A stretch of DNA of 64,000 nt from an uncultured Prevotellaceae bacterium (lineage in GTDB: Bacteria; Bacteroidota; Bacteroidia; Bacteroidales; Bacteroidaceae), in NCBI GenBank assembly GCA_937877605.1, contig CALFJA010000086.1, positions 4,384 to 68,383 on the forward strand. Reading direction: 5' to 3'. Below are positions 37,084 to 47,463 of this stretch, one piece after another (positions within the stretch are counted from its first letter, which is position 1; each line of letters starts with the position of its first letter). A program made the translations under genes and the position numbers. Under the pieces are notes generated by a model that saw only the letters and a program-made list of their open reading frames with translations, was not told the DNA's origin and searched no databases.

Positions 37084-38364
37084 CTACCATGCGAAAAGCG
37101 GGAAGCCTGCCATGGTCTCATTGACCTTGCTGCGTACCGTTTCTATCACCTTCGCATCATCAGGAGCATTCAACACCTCCTCGATGAGAGCTGCCACGAG
37201 GTGCATGGTCTCGGCATCGGCGCCACGGGTGGTCATGGCTGCCGTTCCCAAACGGATACCGCTGGTTTGGAATGCGCTGCGGGTGTCGAATGGCACCATG
37301 TTCTTGTTAACCGTGATGTCGGCTGCCACGAGAGCGTTTTCTGCCACCTTTCCCGTCAGTTCGGGATATTTCGGGCGCAGATCCACCAACATGGAGTGAT
37401 TGTCAGTACCTCCGCTGACGATATCGAACCCACGGGAGATAAGGTCGTCGGCCAGCACTGCCGCATTGGTCTTCACCCGGCTGGCATACTCCTTCCATTC
37501 CGGCTGGAGGTTTTCCTCAAAGGCTACTGCTTTAGCTGCTATGACATGCTCAAGCGGACCGCCTTGAATGCCGGGGAATACGGCGGCATTGAGCAGCTGG
37601 CTCATCATCTTTATCTCGCCTTTCTTGGTGGTCAGCCCCCACGGATTCTCAAAATCTTTGCCCATCAGGATGATACCACCGCGCGGACCACGCAGCGTCT
37701 TATGGGTGGTGGAGGTCACAATGTGGGCATACTTCACGGGATTGTCAAGCAGACCGGCGGCAATCAGTCCTGCCGGATGAGCCATGTCAATCATGAGCAA
37801 CGCCCCCACCTCGTCGGCAATCTGGCGCATGCGACGATAGTCCCACTCGCGGCTGTAGGCCGAACCGCCACCTACAATCAGTTTCGGACGGTGTTCGCGC
37901 GCCAGGCGTTCCATCTCGTCGTAGTCGACACGGCCAGTCTCGCGGTTAAGGTTGTAGCCCACCGGATGATAGAGCAAGCCGGATGTGTTTACCGCGCTTC
38001 CATGAGAGAGGTGGCCGCCGTGGTCAAGGTTCAGTCCCATGAAGGTATCACCTGGTTTCAACACAGCCAGGAACACGGCAGCATTGGCCTGTGCACCCGA
38101 GTGTGGCTGGACATTGGCAAACTCAGCGCCGAAGAGTTTCTTCACCCGCTCTCGGGCAAGGTCCTCTACCTTGTCCACCACTTGGCAACCGCCATAGTAG
38201 CGTTTGCCGGGCAGCCCTTCAGCATACTTGTTCGTCAGCCATGAACCCATGGCACGCATCACCTGGTCGCTCACAAAGTTTTCACTGGCAATGAGCTCCA
38301 TTCCGCGCAACTGCCGCTGGTGCTCCTGCTCAATCAACTGGAAAATTTCATTGTCGTGTTTCAT
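37084..38364 (-). CDS. glyA: serine hydroxymethyltransferase
   Basis: ELIASENF and [12 protein letters not shown] motifs. The start is taken at [11 protein letters not shown]; the track ORF begins 8 codons upstream at 38388. Confidence 0.95.
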   Translation of the reverse strand: MKHDNEIFQLIEQEHQRQLRGMELIASENFVSDQVMRAMGSWLTNKYAEGLPGKRYYGGCQVVDKVEDLARERVKKLFGAEFANVQPHSGAQANAAVFLAVLKPGDTFMGLNLDHGGHLSHGSAVNTSGLLYHPVGYNLNRETGRVDYDEMERLAREHRPKLIVGGGSAYSREWDYRRMRQIADEVGALLMIDMAHPAGLIAAGLLDNPVKYAHIVTSTTHKTLRGPRGGIILMGKDFENPWGLTTKKGEIKMMSQLLNAAVFPGIQGGPLEHVIAAKAVAFEENLQPEWKEYASRVKTNAAVLADDLISRGFDIVSGGTDNHSMLVDLRPKYPELTGKVAENALVAADITVNKNMVPFDTRSAFQTSGIRLGTAAMTTRGADAETMHLVAALIEEVLNAPDDAKVIETVRSKVNETMAGFPLFAW

Positions 38365-38415
38365 ATCTATTGGATTTAAGGTTTTCAACTATATGCCATG
38401 CGTGAAGATTGCGGA

Positions 38416-39369
38416 CTAAGGATTGACCACATTGACAGGGCTGCCCTGTACGAAGGAGCGCACATTCTCCACGGCAATGGCCATGAGGCGTTGCCGGGCT
38501 TCGTAGGTGGCCCAGGCTATGTGAGGTGTGAGATAGGCATTGGGGAGATCCAGCAAAGGATTGTCTGCAGCGGGCGGTTCCTGCTCCATCACATCGGCAA
38601 CATAAGCCTGCAGGCAGTTCTGGCGCAATGCAGCAGCAACGGCCTGTTCGTCTACCAGTGGCCCACGCCCAGTGTTCACCAGTATGGCCGATGGCTTCAT
38701 CTGTGTGAGTGAGTCACTGTTGATCAAAGCCTTGGTTTCGGCCGTCAGCGGACAGTGAAGGGAAAGGACGTCGCTCTGTGAAAGGAGTTCTTCGAACGAT
38801 ACCTTTTCAATTTTGCCCAGCAACGACTGCGGCTTGCTCGTAACGGCAATGACACGCATGCCGAACGCCTGTGCAATCCCTGCTACACGCATACCGATAT
38901 TGCCCAAGCCGTAGATGCCGAAGGTCTTGCCGGCAAGTTCGGTCAGGGGGGTGTCCCAATAGCAGAAGTCGGGGTTCTGCGACCATCGTCCGCTACGGGT
39001 GGCTACGGCATAATGGTCTGTCCGGTTACAGACATTCAGCACCAGCGCAAACACCATCTGCGCAACGCTGTCTGTACTGTAGGAAGGAATGTTGGCAACT
39101 ATCACGCCATGCTCCCGTGCCGCCGCAATATCGATGGTGTTGAACCCCGTGGCCAGAATTCCGATGAACTTCAAGCGGGGAAGTCCTGCGATGATCTCTC
39201 GTGAGAAGGGTATCTTGTTTGTCAAAATAATGTCGGCATCCTTTGCCCGTTCGAACAGTTGTTCTAATGGAGTACGGGGATAGACCGTTAGTGAACCGAA
39301 TTCACGGAAAGGCTCCCATGAGAGATCGCCCGGATTGGCCGCATGGCCGTCAAGCACTACTATATTCAT
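38416..39369 (-). CDS. D-isomer-specific 2-hydroxyacid dehydrogenase (glycerate dehydrogenase-like)
   Basis: MNIVVLDGHAANPGDLSW start and a GIYGLGNIGMRVA NAD-binding site. The track ORF extends to 39486 and overlaps rarA. Confidence 0.75.
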   Translation of the reverse strand: MNIVVLDGHAANPGDLSWEPFREFGSLTVYPRTPLEQLFERAKDADIILTNKIPFSREIIAGLPRLKFIGILATGFNTIDIAAAREHGVIVANIPSYSTDSVAQMVFALVLNVCNRTDHYAVATRSGRWSQNPDFCYWDTPLTELAGKTFGIYGLGNIGMRVAGIAQAFGMRVIAVTSKPQSLLGKIEKVSFEELLSQSDVLSLHCPLTAETKALINSDSLTQMKPSAILVNTGRGPLVDEQAVAAALRQNCLQAYVADVMEQEPPAADNPLLDLPNAYLTPHIAWATYEARQRLMAIAVENVRSFVQGSPVNVVNP

Positions 39370-39379
39370 CTCGCTCATC

Positions 39380-40657
39380 CTATTCATCTTTGAACCTGTC
39401 GCCCCAGAACTGGAGCATGCGCTTATAGAGATTTTCTTCAGAAGAAGTGTGTTGTGCATGCCAGAATCTGGCCGAAGCCAGCGCATCGGGCAAATACTGT
39501 TGAGTCACAAAATGGTTGGGATAGTCATGGCTGTACTTGTAACCGTCGCTGTATCCCAACTGGCGCATGAGTTGTGTCGGTGCATTGCGCAGATGAAGGG
39601 GCACCGGCTGATTGCCAGACTGTCTCACCTCCGCCAGGGCTGCATCAATACCGAGATAGGCTGAGTTGCTTTTTGCACTCGTGGCAAGATAAACAACGGT
39701 TTCGGCAAGAGGGATGCGCGCCTCCGGCCATCCTATTTTCATCACAGCATCGAAAGCCGCATTGGCCAGCAACAGGGCATTGGGATTGGCCAATCCGATG
39801 TCTTCCGACGCACTGATAATCAGCCGTCGGGCTATGAACTCCGGGTCCTCTCCTCCTTCAATCATGCGTGCCATCCAATAAAGGGCGGCATCGGGATCGC
39901 TGCCACGAATGCTCTTAATGAAGGCTGAGATAATATCGTAGTGCATCTCCCCGTCTTTGTCGTAGGCCAATGGATTTTGTTGTAGGGTTTCCTTTACGAA
40001 ATCGTCAGTTACCACCACATCACCGTCGCCACGGGAATCAACCACCAGTTCCAGTATGTTCAGCAGTTTGCGGGCATCACCTCCACTGTAGCGCAACAAA
40101 GCATCCGTTTCCTTCAACTGGATGTTGCGCTCCTTGAGAACGACATCCTTGTGTACGGCACGGTCGAGCAGTGCCAGCAAATCGTCTTTCTCCAACGACT
40201 TGAGCACATATAACTGACAGCGAGAAAGAAGCGGGCGTATCACCTCGAACGACGGATTTTCGGTGGTTGCACCAATGAGCGTTATCGTTCCGCGTTCGAC
40301 AGCAGCCAGCAGTGAATCTTGCTGCGACTTGCTGAAACGATGAATCTCATCAATGAACAAAATGGGGGAACCGGAATTGAAAAAAGTACTCTTCTGTGCC
40401 CGTTCAATAACCTCCCGCACATCCTTCACGCCGCTGCTGACAGCACTTAAGGTATAGAATGGTGTCTCCAATCGATGGGCAATGATTTGCGCCAGGGTGG
40501 TTTTCCCCACACCAGGAGGTCCCCACAGGATGAAAGAGGAAATCTTTCCGCTCTCTATCATCCTCCGGAGCACAGCGTTCTCACCGACCAGGTGCTGCTG
40601 GCCGACATACTCGTCGAGCGTACGGGGGCGAAGCCGTTCGGCTAATGGTTCACTCAT
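39380..40657 (-). CDS. rarA: replication-associated recombination protein A (AAA+ ATPase)
   Basis: LAERLRPRTLDEYVGQQHL, GPPGVGKTTLA and FIDEIHRFSKSQQD motifs. Confidence 0.9.
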   Translation of the reverse strand: MSEPLAERLRPRTLDEYVGQQHLVGENAVLRRMIESGKISSFILWGPPGVGKTTLAQIIAHRLETPFYTLSAVSSGVKDVREVIERAQKSTFFNSGSPILFIDEIHRFSKSQQDSLLAAVERGTITLIGATTENPSFEVIRPLLSRCQLYVLKSLEKDDLLALLDRAVHKDVVLKERNIQLKETDALLRYSGGDARKLLNILELVVDSRGDGDVVVTDDFVKETLQQNPLAYDKDGEMHYDIISAFIKSIRGSDPDAALYWMARMIEGGEDPEFIARRLIISASEDIGLANPNALLLANAAFDAVMKIGWPEARIPLAETVVYLATSAKSNSAYLGIDAALAEVRQSGNQPVPLHLRNAPTQLMRQLGYSDGYKYSHDYPNHFVTQQYLPDALASARFWHAQHTSSEENLYKRMLQFWGDRFKDE

Positions 40658-40789
40658 ATCACCACAAAATTACGCTTTTTTATCGATTACGAACACCAAA
40701 CGGCATAAACTTTTATCATTTGGACGGAATTTCAAAATTAAAGCCATGTTTTTACAAAAGAAAAGTTTGCTCATATAATACAAAGTACT

Positions 40790-40797
40790 TATTTTTG
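40790..40797 (+). promoter_or_regulatory. candidate -7 promoter box TATTTTTG
   Basis: Matches TAnnTTTG, 64 nt upstream of the ATG at 40861. Confidence 0.4.
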
Positions 40798-40860
40798 CAC
40801 ACAAGCAGATGCGAAACCAATCCCTGCACAACTATACAACGCCTTTTAATTTTCACCATA

Positions 40861-41643
40861 ATGGCTAAGCAAAACAAGAAACAACTCTCTTTGAAAAACA
40901 TCACCAAGAGTTCTGTCTGGGATGTTCAGGAAAACGATATCATCCGCATGCTCCAGGCGGCCGAAAAGGAAATAGAGATAAAGGAGAATCTCTCCCATTA
41001 TATCAATATCATAAAGACGGCATTCGACATAGAAGAGGTCAAGGTAGACCGCCCCGAAGTGATTCGCAAATACGAAGCCCGTGGGATGAAAATCGCCGTG
41101 CTGAAAAACGAAGACAGCAAACAGAAACTTGCCATTAAGAAGCGTCCCATTACCAGGGTAACCGACCTTACCTACGAGAACATCCGCCATATTTCTGCGG
41201 CCCAGCTCATCGATGTGCTTGACAAGAATTTCGGCGGAGGCTGGGATTCTCTCTCACAGAGCATCAAGGACATCATTGAAACGGGGTTCGACATCAGCAC
41301 CACCACCCTGCCTGCCAACAGACTACACAAGGCCGGCAGTATGTACGACAAGAAAATCAAAGATGGATTTGAAGTGCTGGAAATCCAGCGAGGAGCTTGG
41401 ACAGAGGCTATATTTGCCAAGGAAAAGCCCCTGACGGAGAAACCTAAATACAGGATGGACAACGACGATGTTGACCTCGGCCCAGACGACGACAAACTGC
41501 AAGATAATCCTATTGATAATGATGACGACGATGCCTTCGATGACGACGACTTGACCGAGGAGAGCTACAGAACCACCTACGAAACTGACCCGGAAGACCT
41601 TACATTGGAGGATGCCGAGGCAGCAGAAGACGAGGAATACTAA
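40861..41643 (+). CDS. hypothetical protein with a long poly-acidic C-terminal tail
   Basis: The internal start MAKQNKKQLSL is preferred. The C-terminal ~60 aa are D/E-rich (NDDVDLGPDDDKLQDNPIDNDDDDAFDDDDLTEE...AEDEEY). A strong terminator follows. Confidence 0.5.
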   Translation: MAKQNKKQLSLKNITKSSVWDVQENDIIRMLQAAEKEIEIKENLSHYINIIKTAFDIEEVKVDRPEVIRKYEARGMKIAVLKNEDSKQKLAIKKRPITRVTDLTYENIRHISAAQLIDVLDKNFGGGWDSLSQSIKDIIETGFDISTTTLPANRLHKAGSMYDKKIKDGFEVLEIQRGAWTEAIFAKEKPLTEKPKYRMDNDDVDLGPDDDKLQDNPIDNDDDDAFDDDDLTEESYRTTYETDPEDLTLEDAEAAEDEEY

Positions 41644-41675
41644 CACGCGTACGCGTACATTTATATATTGTTACG

Positions 41676-41709
41676 GTCACCCTGCAGTTTTGCAGGGTGA
41701 CTTTTATTT
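41676..41709 (+). terminator. intrinsic terminator
   Basis: GTCACCCTGCA-GTTT-TGCAGGGTGAC followed by TTTTATTTG. Confidence 0.7.
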
Positions 41710-41745
41710 GCCCGAGGTACAAAGGTTTCGTACGCATACAGCAAA

Positions 41746-41777
41746 GAAGTGCCGGCATGCAAACATGCCGGCACTTC
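41746..41777 (-). terminator. hairpin downstream of the ppiD-like gene
   Basis: Perfect 14-bp stem: GAAGTGCCGGCATG, loop CAAA, CATGCCGGCACTTC. Confidence 0.6.
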
Positions 41778-41801
41778 AAATATGAATGTTTCTAACTAGA
41801 T

Positions 41802-43943
41802 TTAGAAGAAGAGATAACGATTGTCCTTTACATTAGCATTGAGCAACAGTTCCTGCATGAAGTTACCTGCATGCTGGAGAAGTTTCTGGCGTGCAGAAGC
41901 TTCAGCTTCCTTGGCATTGAATTCGACTGGGCGCTTTGCCTTCTCTGTGACCTGGAAGAGGTAGACGCCTCCATTACCCTTAACCGGGGCTGCGGAGAAC
42001 TTACCCTTTGCCGTAGCCGAAACGGCACCACTCAAGGCAGGTTCGCTGGCACCTGTTTCTGTTACGAAGACTGGAGCGGCAAATGTGATTTGCTCAACGG
42101 TAGAGAGTTTGCCACCCTTGGCCTGTGCAGCTTGCAGCGAATTGACTCCCTTCAGGTTTTCTACAATCTGGGCAGCCTTCTTGTCTTTCAGCACCTCTGC
42201 CTTGACGGCCTCCTGTACCTGAGCATCTGCCAATGCACGCGTACCTACCCCATTTACCTTATCAAGAATGAGCAGGAGCAAATGGTCGCCGTTGTTGCCA
42301 CATTCAAACATCTGCGACACTTCGCCTTCCTTGGCATCGAACACCCATTTCAGGGCTTCGCGTGTACTGCGCATATTCAGCAGATTGTGTTGGGAAGTGG
42401 AAACATCGTCAGCAGTAAGCACCTGATAGCCGTTCTTGGCAGCGTTCTTTACAATTGCTTCGGCATTGTTGTTGGCACTGATGAAAGAACTGAACTTGTT
42501 GTAAATCTGAGTACGGGTTTCAGGAGAATAGTCAATGGTCTTCTTGATGACTGCCACCTGATATTTGGTAACTACATTCTTGCGGTCGAGCACCTGAACA
42601 ATGGAATTGCCCTGGGTGAAGACGAGGTTGCGAACTTCGTTAAGTGGCATGGTGTACAGAGTCTCTATCATGTTCTTTGAGTCGGCATCGACAGTTGCAT
42701 TCTGGAACTGTGCGGTTGTCAGCCAAGTTGGCTCACCGGTCTGTCCATAAACTTTTGCCAAAGCTTCGAAGTCGGCACCACCCTTCAGCGCGTTGTAGAT
42801 GGAATCGGCACGGGTACGGGCTTCGTCCAGCGACTGGGCAAATACCTGAATTCTGCGATACTGAACGGAGTCGGGTGTTTGCTGTTTTCCAACCAACTTG
42901 ATAAGATTCAATGTGTTGTCGCGGACATTTTCAACTGGGCCATAGGTCTGACCAACGGCAATAGAGTCGAGGCGGGATGAAATTTCCTGCGGATAGGCAG
43001 ACTTTAACACAGCCAGACCATTATAAGGAATTAACGATGTAGACTTGCGAACAACATCGGCAACATCGGTACTTTCCTGAAGTTGGGCCTTCAGCTGTAC
43101 GAACTGGTCATCAATGGCCTTACGATCTGTGGATGAAGGAACAACGGGAACATTGATGTATTTGATATTACGAGTTTCCTGTGCCTGGTCGAAAAGCATG
43201 CTCAGCTCATCATATTTGGCTTTCATCTCAGCATCGGTAACATTAATCTTTGCATCATCGATGGCAGAATATGGGAACGAAACTAGTTCGACCTTACTTT
43301 CCACATTCTCAGCCTCGTATGCCATCTTGGCGTCTACGGGATTGGAGAGCAAAGCATGTCCAAGCAAACTCTGATACTTTTGCACCAGAAGCTGCTGACG
43401 CATAGTCTTCTCTATGAAGCGCCAGTACTTGTAAATGCTTTCATATCGACGGGCTTCCGGAGAATTCGTATTGGCCACTTTCTTGTATTCTGCAAGGAAA
43501 CTCTTCAGCGAGTTTGCGTCGAATCGACCCGTTTCCTGATTTACAAACGGAGTTTGGAGAAGCATCGGGTTGGTTCCCTTGTTAATAATGTTCTGCAATT
43601 CATCGTTGGTAACTGTCAAACCGAGTTTCTCTGCCTCATTACCCAGAATCTGTGACTGAACATAGGTATTCCATACCATGTCCTTCACCTGGTTCATTTG
43701 ATCTTCATCGAGGTTGTCCAAACCCTGCTGAAGTTTCAAAACTTCGCTGTACTCGTCCATCATTTTCTGGAAGTCCTGCACATTCAGTTTTTTACCCAGC
43801 ACCTCGCCAACCTGTGAACGACGGTTGTTGCGGGCTGATTCGCATGAACGGAAGGCTTCCTCTGCAATAAATGCAAACAGGGCAAATCCAATGATGGAGA
43901 TGAGGATGATGCCCTTACTTCTGATTTTTCCTAATGCTGCCAT
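41802..43943 (-). CDS. periplasmic chaperone / peptidyl-prolyl isomerase (PpiD/SurA-like)
   Basis: 713-aa ORF with an N-terminal membrane anchor (GIILISIIGFALFAFIA) and a parvulin-like central region. Confidence 0.7.
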   Translation of the reverse strand: MAALGKIRSKGIILISIIGFALFAFIAEEAFRSCESARNNRRSQVGEVLGKKLNVQDFQKMMDEYSEVLKLQQGLDNLDEDQMNQVKDMVWNTYVQSQILGNEAEKLGLTVTNDELQNIINKGTNPMLLQTPFVNQETGRFDANSLKSFLAEYKKVANTNSPEARRYESIYKYWRFIEKTMRQQLLVQKYQSLLGHALLSNPVDAKMAYEAENVESKVELVSFPYSAIDDAKINVTDAEMKAKYDELSMLFDQAQETRNIKYINVPVVPSSTDRKAIDDQFVQLKAQLQESTDVADVVRKSTSLIPYNGLAVLKSAYPQEISSRLDSIAVGQTYGPVENVRDNTLNLIKLVGKQQTPDSVQYRRIQVFAQSLDEARTRADSIYNALKGGADFEALAKVYGQTGEPTWLTTAQFQNATVDADSKNMIETLYTMPLNEVRNLVFTQGNSIVQVLDRKNVVTKYQVAVIKKTIDYSPETRTQIYNKFSSFISANNNAEAIVKNAAKNGYQVLTADDVSTSQHNLLNMRSTREALKWVFDAKEGEVSQMFECGNNGDHLLLLILDKVNGVGTRALADAQVQEAVKAEVLKDKKAAQIVENLKGVNSLQAAQAKGGKLSTVEQITFAAPVFVTETGASEPALSGAVSATAKGKFSAAPVKGNGGVYLFQVTEKAKRPVEFNAKEAEASARQKLLQHAGNFMQELLLNANVKDNRYLFF

Positions 43944-44071
43944 TTTGTTGATTATTTGTTATTTTTATCGTATTCGGTCAAAAAAGCGTACAAAAGTAGT
44001 AAAAAACGCGCAATTGAGAAAAGAAAACCTAAGGTTTTTTCATTTCCCTGCCATGGATGGGGTCTTTGCGC

Positions 44072-45364
44072 TCAAGAATTACCTCCTTTCCCCACCGTCA
44101 GGTGTACCAATTCTATTTTCGTCATGGTCTTCTTGGTAACCTTGAAAGAAAAGGGACCCACCTGTACGGTCTCGTTCAATTTCGGGAAACTCTCGTAGGT
44201 GTATAGAATGAGTCCGCCGATGGTCATGTATTCGTCGCTTTCCGGCAGATTGAGGTCGAACATTTCGTTCACCTTGTCAATCTCCAGGCGGGCAGACAGG
44301 ATGTATTCGTTGTCGCCAACTTTCCGCGCTTCGTATTTTGCATTGTCGTGTTCGTCCTCTATTTCGCCGAATATTTCCTCCACGATATCCTCCAGCGCCA
44401 CTATTCCACTGGTTCCGCCGAACTCATCGACAACGATGGCTAGGCTTTTCTTTTCCTGAAGCAGGATCTTCATCAGGCGTTGTGCCTGCATTGTTTCGGG
44501 AACAAAGGGCATGGAGGTAATGCCCTCACGCCAGTCCTTCGTGTCCTTGGAGACCTGATAGCGGAACCATTCCGAAGAATGGTAATAGCCAACGATATGA
44601 TCGATATCGCCTTGATAGACAATGAGTTTCCCATGTCCACTCTCAACAAACTGTTGTTTCAATTCGTCCAAAGTACATTCATCCATGTCAACGGAAACGA
44701 TTTCCGTACGTGGAATCATACAGTCCCTCACTTTCGTCTCGGAGAAATCCAGGGCGTTCTGGAACATTTTCACTTCGTTTTCAATCTCCTCATCAGTGCG
44801 GGCATTCTGTATTGTGGTCTGCAACAGATGGTCGAGGTCCACCCGGGAGAAGTCCTCTTCATTCATGGTTTTCTGAATGCGGATGCCAAACAGCCTGAGG
44901 CAAATTCGAGAAAGAATGGTGGCGAACTTGCTTACCGGCCACAGCAGCAGATAGAAAATGTAGGCTAGAGGCGCAAATAACGAGAGCATGAAGTTGGCAT
45001 TGCCCTTGAAAAGCATCTTGGGCAGAAACTCCGCAGTCACCAGGACAATGAGCGTGGAAAGTATGGTGTCTGCCGGAACGGTGAAAGCCGGAGAGAAATT
45101 GCGGAAGATAGTACCATCAAAGAAAGTAGCAATGAGGATACCATATACCACGAGGACAATGTTGTTGCCAACCAGCATTGTGCTTACAAAGTCGTTGGGG
45201 TGGGTGTAGAAAAAGGAAATAAGTTTCTGGGAGAACCTGTTATTGTCCTTATCAACTTCCGCCAACATCCTATTGCTGGAAACAAAGGCGATTTCCATTC
45301 CGGAGAAAAATGCCGAAAGCATCAGCGCCACTACAATTTCTATGACTAATACAATATCGATCAT
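44072..45364 (-). CDS. CNNM/DUF21-CBS-CorC_HlyC family membrane protein (annotated hemolysin or GldE-like in relatives)
   Basis: 430-aa ORF with N-terminal TM helices, a CBS pair and the C-terminal CorC domain motif. Confidence 0.8.
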   Translation of the reverse strand: MIDIVLVIEIVVALMLSAFFSGMEIAFVSSNRMLAEVDKDNNRFSQKLISFFYTHPNDFVSTMLVGNNIVLVVYGILIATFFDGTIFRNFSPAFTVPADTILSTLIVLVTAEFLPKMLFKGNANFMLSLFAPLAYIFYLLLWPVSKFATILSRICLRLFGIRIQKTMNEEDFSRVDLDHLLQTTIQNARTDEEIENEVKMFQNALDFSETKVRDCMIPRTEIVSVDMDECTLDELKQQFVESGHGKLIVYQGDIDHIVGYYHSSEWFRYQVSKDTKDWREGITSMPFVPETMQAQRLMKILLQEKKSLAIVVDEFGGTSGIVALEDIVEEIFGEIEDEHDNAKYEARKVGDNEYILSARLEIDKVNEMFDLNLPESDEYMTIGGLILYTYESFPKLNETVQVGPFSFKVTKKTMTKIELVHLTVGKGGNS

Positions 45365-45370
45365 GGCACC

Positions 45371-46018
45371 TTAATTACTTTTTGGCATTGGCTGTGTCGG
45401 CGGACGGAAGTGCTCTATTTCCTGTTGGTCGGCCTTTCGCAGCGTATCACCACCGTCGATGTCGCCCCTGTCGAACGACCCACGGGTGTTGGATATGTAG
45501 TATTTCGTCATTTGGTCGTCACTGCGGAAATAGCTTCCTTCCAGTTCACGGTCAGGAGTAATCAGCCGGGAATACTTGTTAGAATAGAGTTCATGGTTCA
45601 GTTCGTCCCAGAACAGTTCGTCACTATAATAGCGCAGGCCGTCGGCCGTTGAGATGCGAACACGCGAACGCAGTTCCCATCGCTTCTCTACATCGTAATA
45701 GTAGGCCGTATCGCATTGAATATAGGACTGGACATGGAATTTCTCATCAAACTGCTCAAGGAAGAGTCCTTTCTCAAATATCCAGCGGGAGGGACGGATA
45801 TTCTGGTTCACTTGCCATTCTTCGCTGACGATCCGGTATTTCAGGATGCCAGAATCGGACACAAGCGTATTCACGCCATAGCTGGTCATGATAGCCACAG
45901 AGTCCTCAGGATGGATAGGAGGCGCCGTATGTTCCTTTTGTCTTGAACAGGCAAAGAACAACAGACATGTACATCCGACTAACAGGAGCCTTACCGGAGT
46001 CTTTCCTACGAGCTGCAT
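45371..46018 (-). CDS. LptC-like LPS export periplasmic protein (putative)
   Basis: 215-aa lipoprotein-like N-terminus (LLFFACS). The C-terminal pattern ELFWDELNHELYSNKYSRLITPDRELEGSYFRSDDQMTKYYI resembles Bacteroidota LptC. Confidence 0.55.
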   Translation of the reverse strand: MQLVGKTPVRLLLVGCTCLLFFACSRQKEHTAPPIHPEDSVAIMTSYGVNTLVSDSGILKYRIVSEEWQVNQNIRPSRWIFEKGLFLEQFDEKFHVQSYIQCDTAYYYDVEKRWELRSRVRISTADGLRYYSDELFWDELNHELYSNKYSRLITPDRELEGSYFRSDDQMTKYYISNTRGSFDRGDIDGGDTLRKADQQEIEHFRPPTQPMPKSN

Positions 46019-46033
46019 ATTATAGCGTTTGAC

Positions 46034-47332
46034 TTATTCAACCTTCCACTTGGCAAACCAACGCTCGTTGAAAGTTATGCCCACACATATCCGGAAGGTA
46101 TTCTCCTTAATCAGCTGGGCGGCATCCATACGGGCATATTGCACGCCGAGATTAAGGATGGAACGGTTGTTATATCCGTTTACTATAGGTATACCAAGAC
46201 CCATGCTCACACTCATTTCCTTAGGGCCGTCCAGACCATTTATCTTAAGATAGGGTGTGGCATAGGAAACACCGGCACGATAACGCATGCGCTGAAAGAA
46301 TTTACGCCCGTATTCCTTTGGGCAGTATTCGCCACCGAAGGTTATCTTGTGTCGATCGTCAAACTGATTGTCTGCCAGCGCATAGGTTGATACACCGCCG
46401 GTAGTCGAATAGATTGGGAATTGGGTCTTTGCCCATTTCTGGAGCGAGTAGTCCAGGCCTATCTTCCAGCGATTGGAATGATTCCAGAGCAGTCCAACGG
46501 CAAAGGAAGAAGGCAGTTCCAGGCCATCCTTCACTGTAAATGTTTCCGTTTCGGTCACCTGTGTCTGCGCATTTGTAGAAGAAACGGTACAGGTTGGATC
46601 GGCTCCGAGGTTATGCCCGAGCGAATAAGTTGCACCGAGGGTCAGGCTGTTCTGCTTTGACAGCCGGGCAGTATACTGCACACCCAAGTCCACTTTGTAA
46701 CTGCTCACCGAGGCGCTGTAGGCTTTCGACACCGTATTTGTCGTATTGTCGCTGTACTCGTTCACCACAGAGCGGTCGAAGTCGCCCCAGAGATACCCGA
46801 CATTAACACCGAAAGAGAAGCCTTTCAAGGGTTCCCAGCCAATTCCAAGATATGCCTCGTGCAGTCCGCCGGAACCAGTATAGGTGTTGGTATAGGTGGT
46901 AGTGCCGATGCCTCCCACGCGGTTAGTGGTTGAATAGTTATACCCAACATTGGTAATCGGTATCAGGCCGAAGCTGACACCCACATGCCTGAAGGCACGG
47001 AAACCGGCAACAATATACTCCAAATCGGCATTGTTGGCATTGATTTTCTGGTTGTTTTCGGTGAAGTTGGTCAACTGCCCGGACACGCCTATGTCGAAAA
47101 TAAACGACAGGGAGTCCACCGAGGAGTAGGAGGCCGGATTCAGGTGGTTCACCTGATTGTGCTCACGGAAGCCTAATGCCAGTCCGTTCATGCCACGGTT
47201 AAAACCACTGGTCTGCTCGGAAAGGTAACCAAGGCCATACTGGCTATATGGTGAATTTGTTCCACTTTGTGCGTTTGCGAGGTGTGAGACTGTCAGCGCA
47301 AGGGCTAACACAACTATCGTTTTAACTTTCAT
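46034..47332 (-). CDS. outer-membrane beta-barrel protein, function unknown
   Basis: Signal peptide MKVKTIVVLALALTVSHLANA, with an alternating beta-strand pattern rich in G/Y/S/T/N. Confidence 0.5.
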   Translation of the reverse strand: MKVKTIVVLALALTVSHLANAQSGTNSPYSQYGLGYLSEQTSGFNRGMNGLALGFREHNQVNHLNPASYSSVDSLSFIFDIGVSGQLTNFTENNQKINANNADLEYIVAGFRAFRHVGVSFGLIPITNVGYNYSTTNRVGGIGTTTYTNTYTGSGGLHEAYLGIGWEPLKGFSFGVNVGYLWGDFDRSVVNEYSDNTTNTVSKAYSASVSSYKVDLGVQYTARLSKQNSLTLGATYSLGHNLGADPTCTVSSTNAQTQVTETETFTVKDGLELPSSFAVGLLWNHSNRWKIGLDYSLQKWAKTQFPIYSTTGGVSTYALADNQFDDRHKITFGGEYCPKEYGRKFFQRMRYRAGVSYATPYLKINGLDGPKEMSVSMGLGIPIVNGYNNRSILNLGVQYARMDAAQLIKENTFRICVGITFNERWFAKWKVE

Positions 47333-47463
47333 TATAATATAATGTTTCGTTTTGTTGCCGGAAAACTCATCGGCAATACTGTGATTTCAATTCAACGGGC
47401 AAAATTATTAAAAAAATCCAAATACGCGAACGATAACTACAAAATATAAAGTATTTTTGCATC

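Noticed and set aside
47452-47459. A TATTTTTG promoter-like box 5 nt before the DUF4105 gene ATG.
   Set aside because: It is too close to the start codon: transcription would begin at or after the ATG, while the N-terminus encoded from 47464 is a convincing signal/TM peptide. It is probably a coincidental match.
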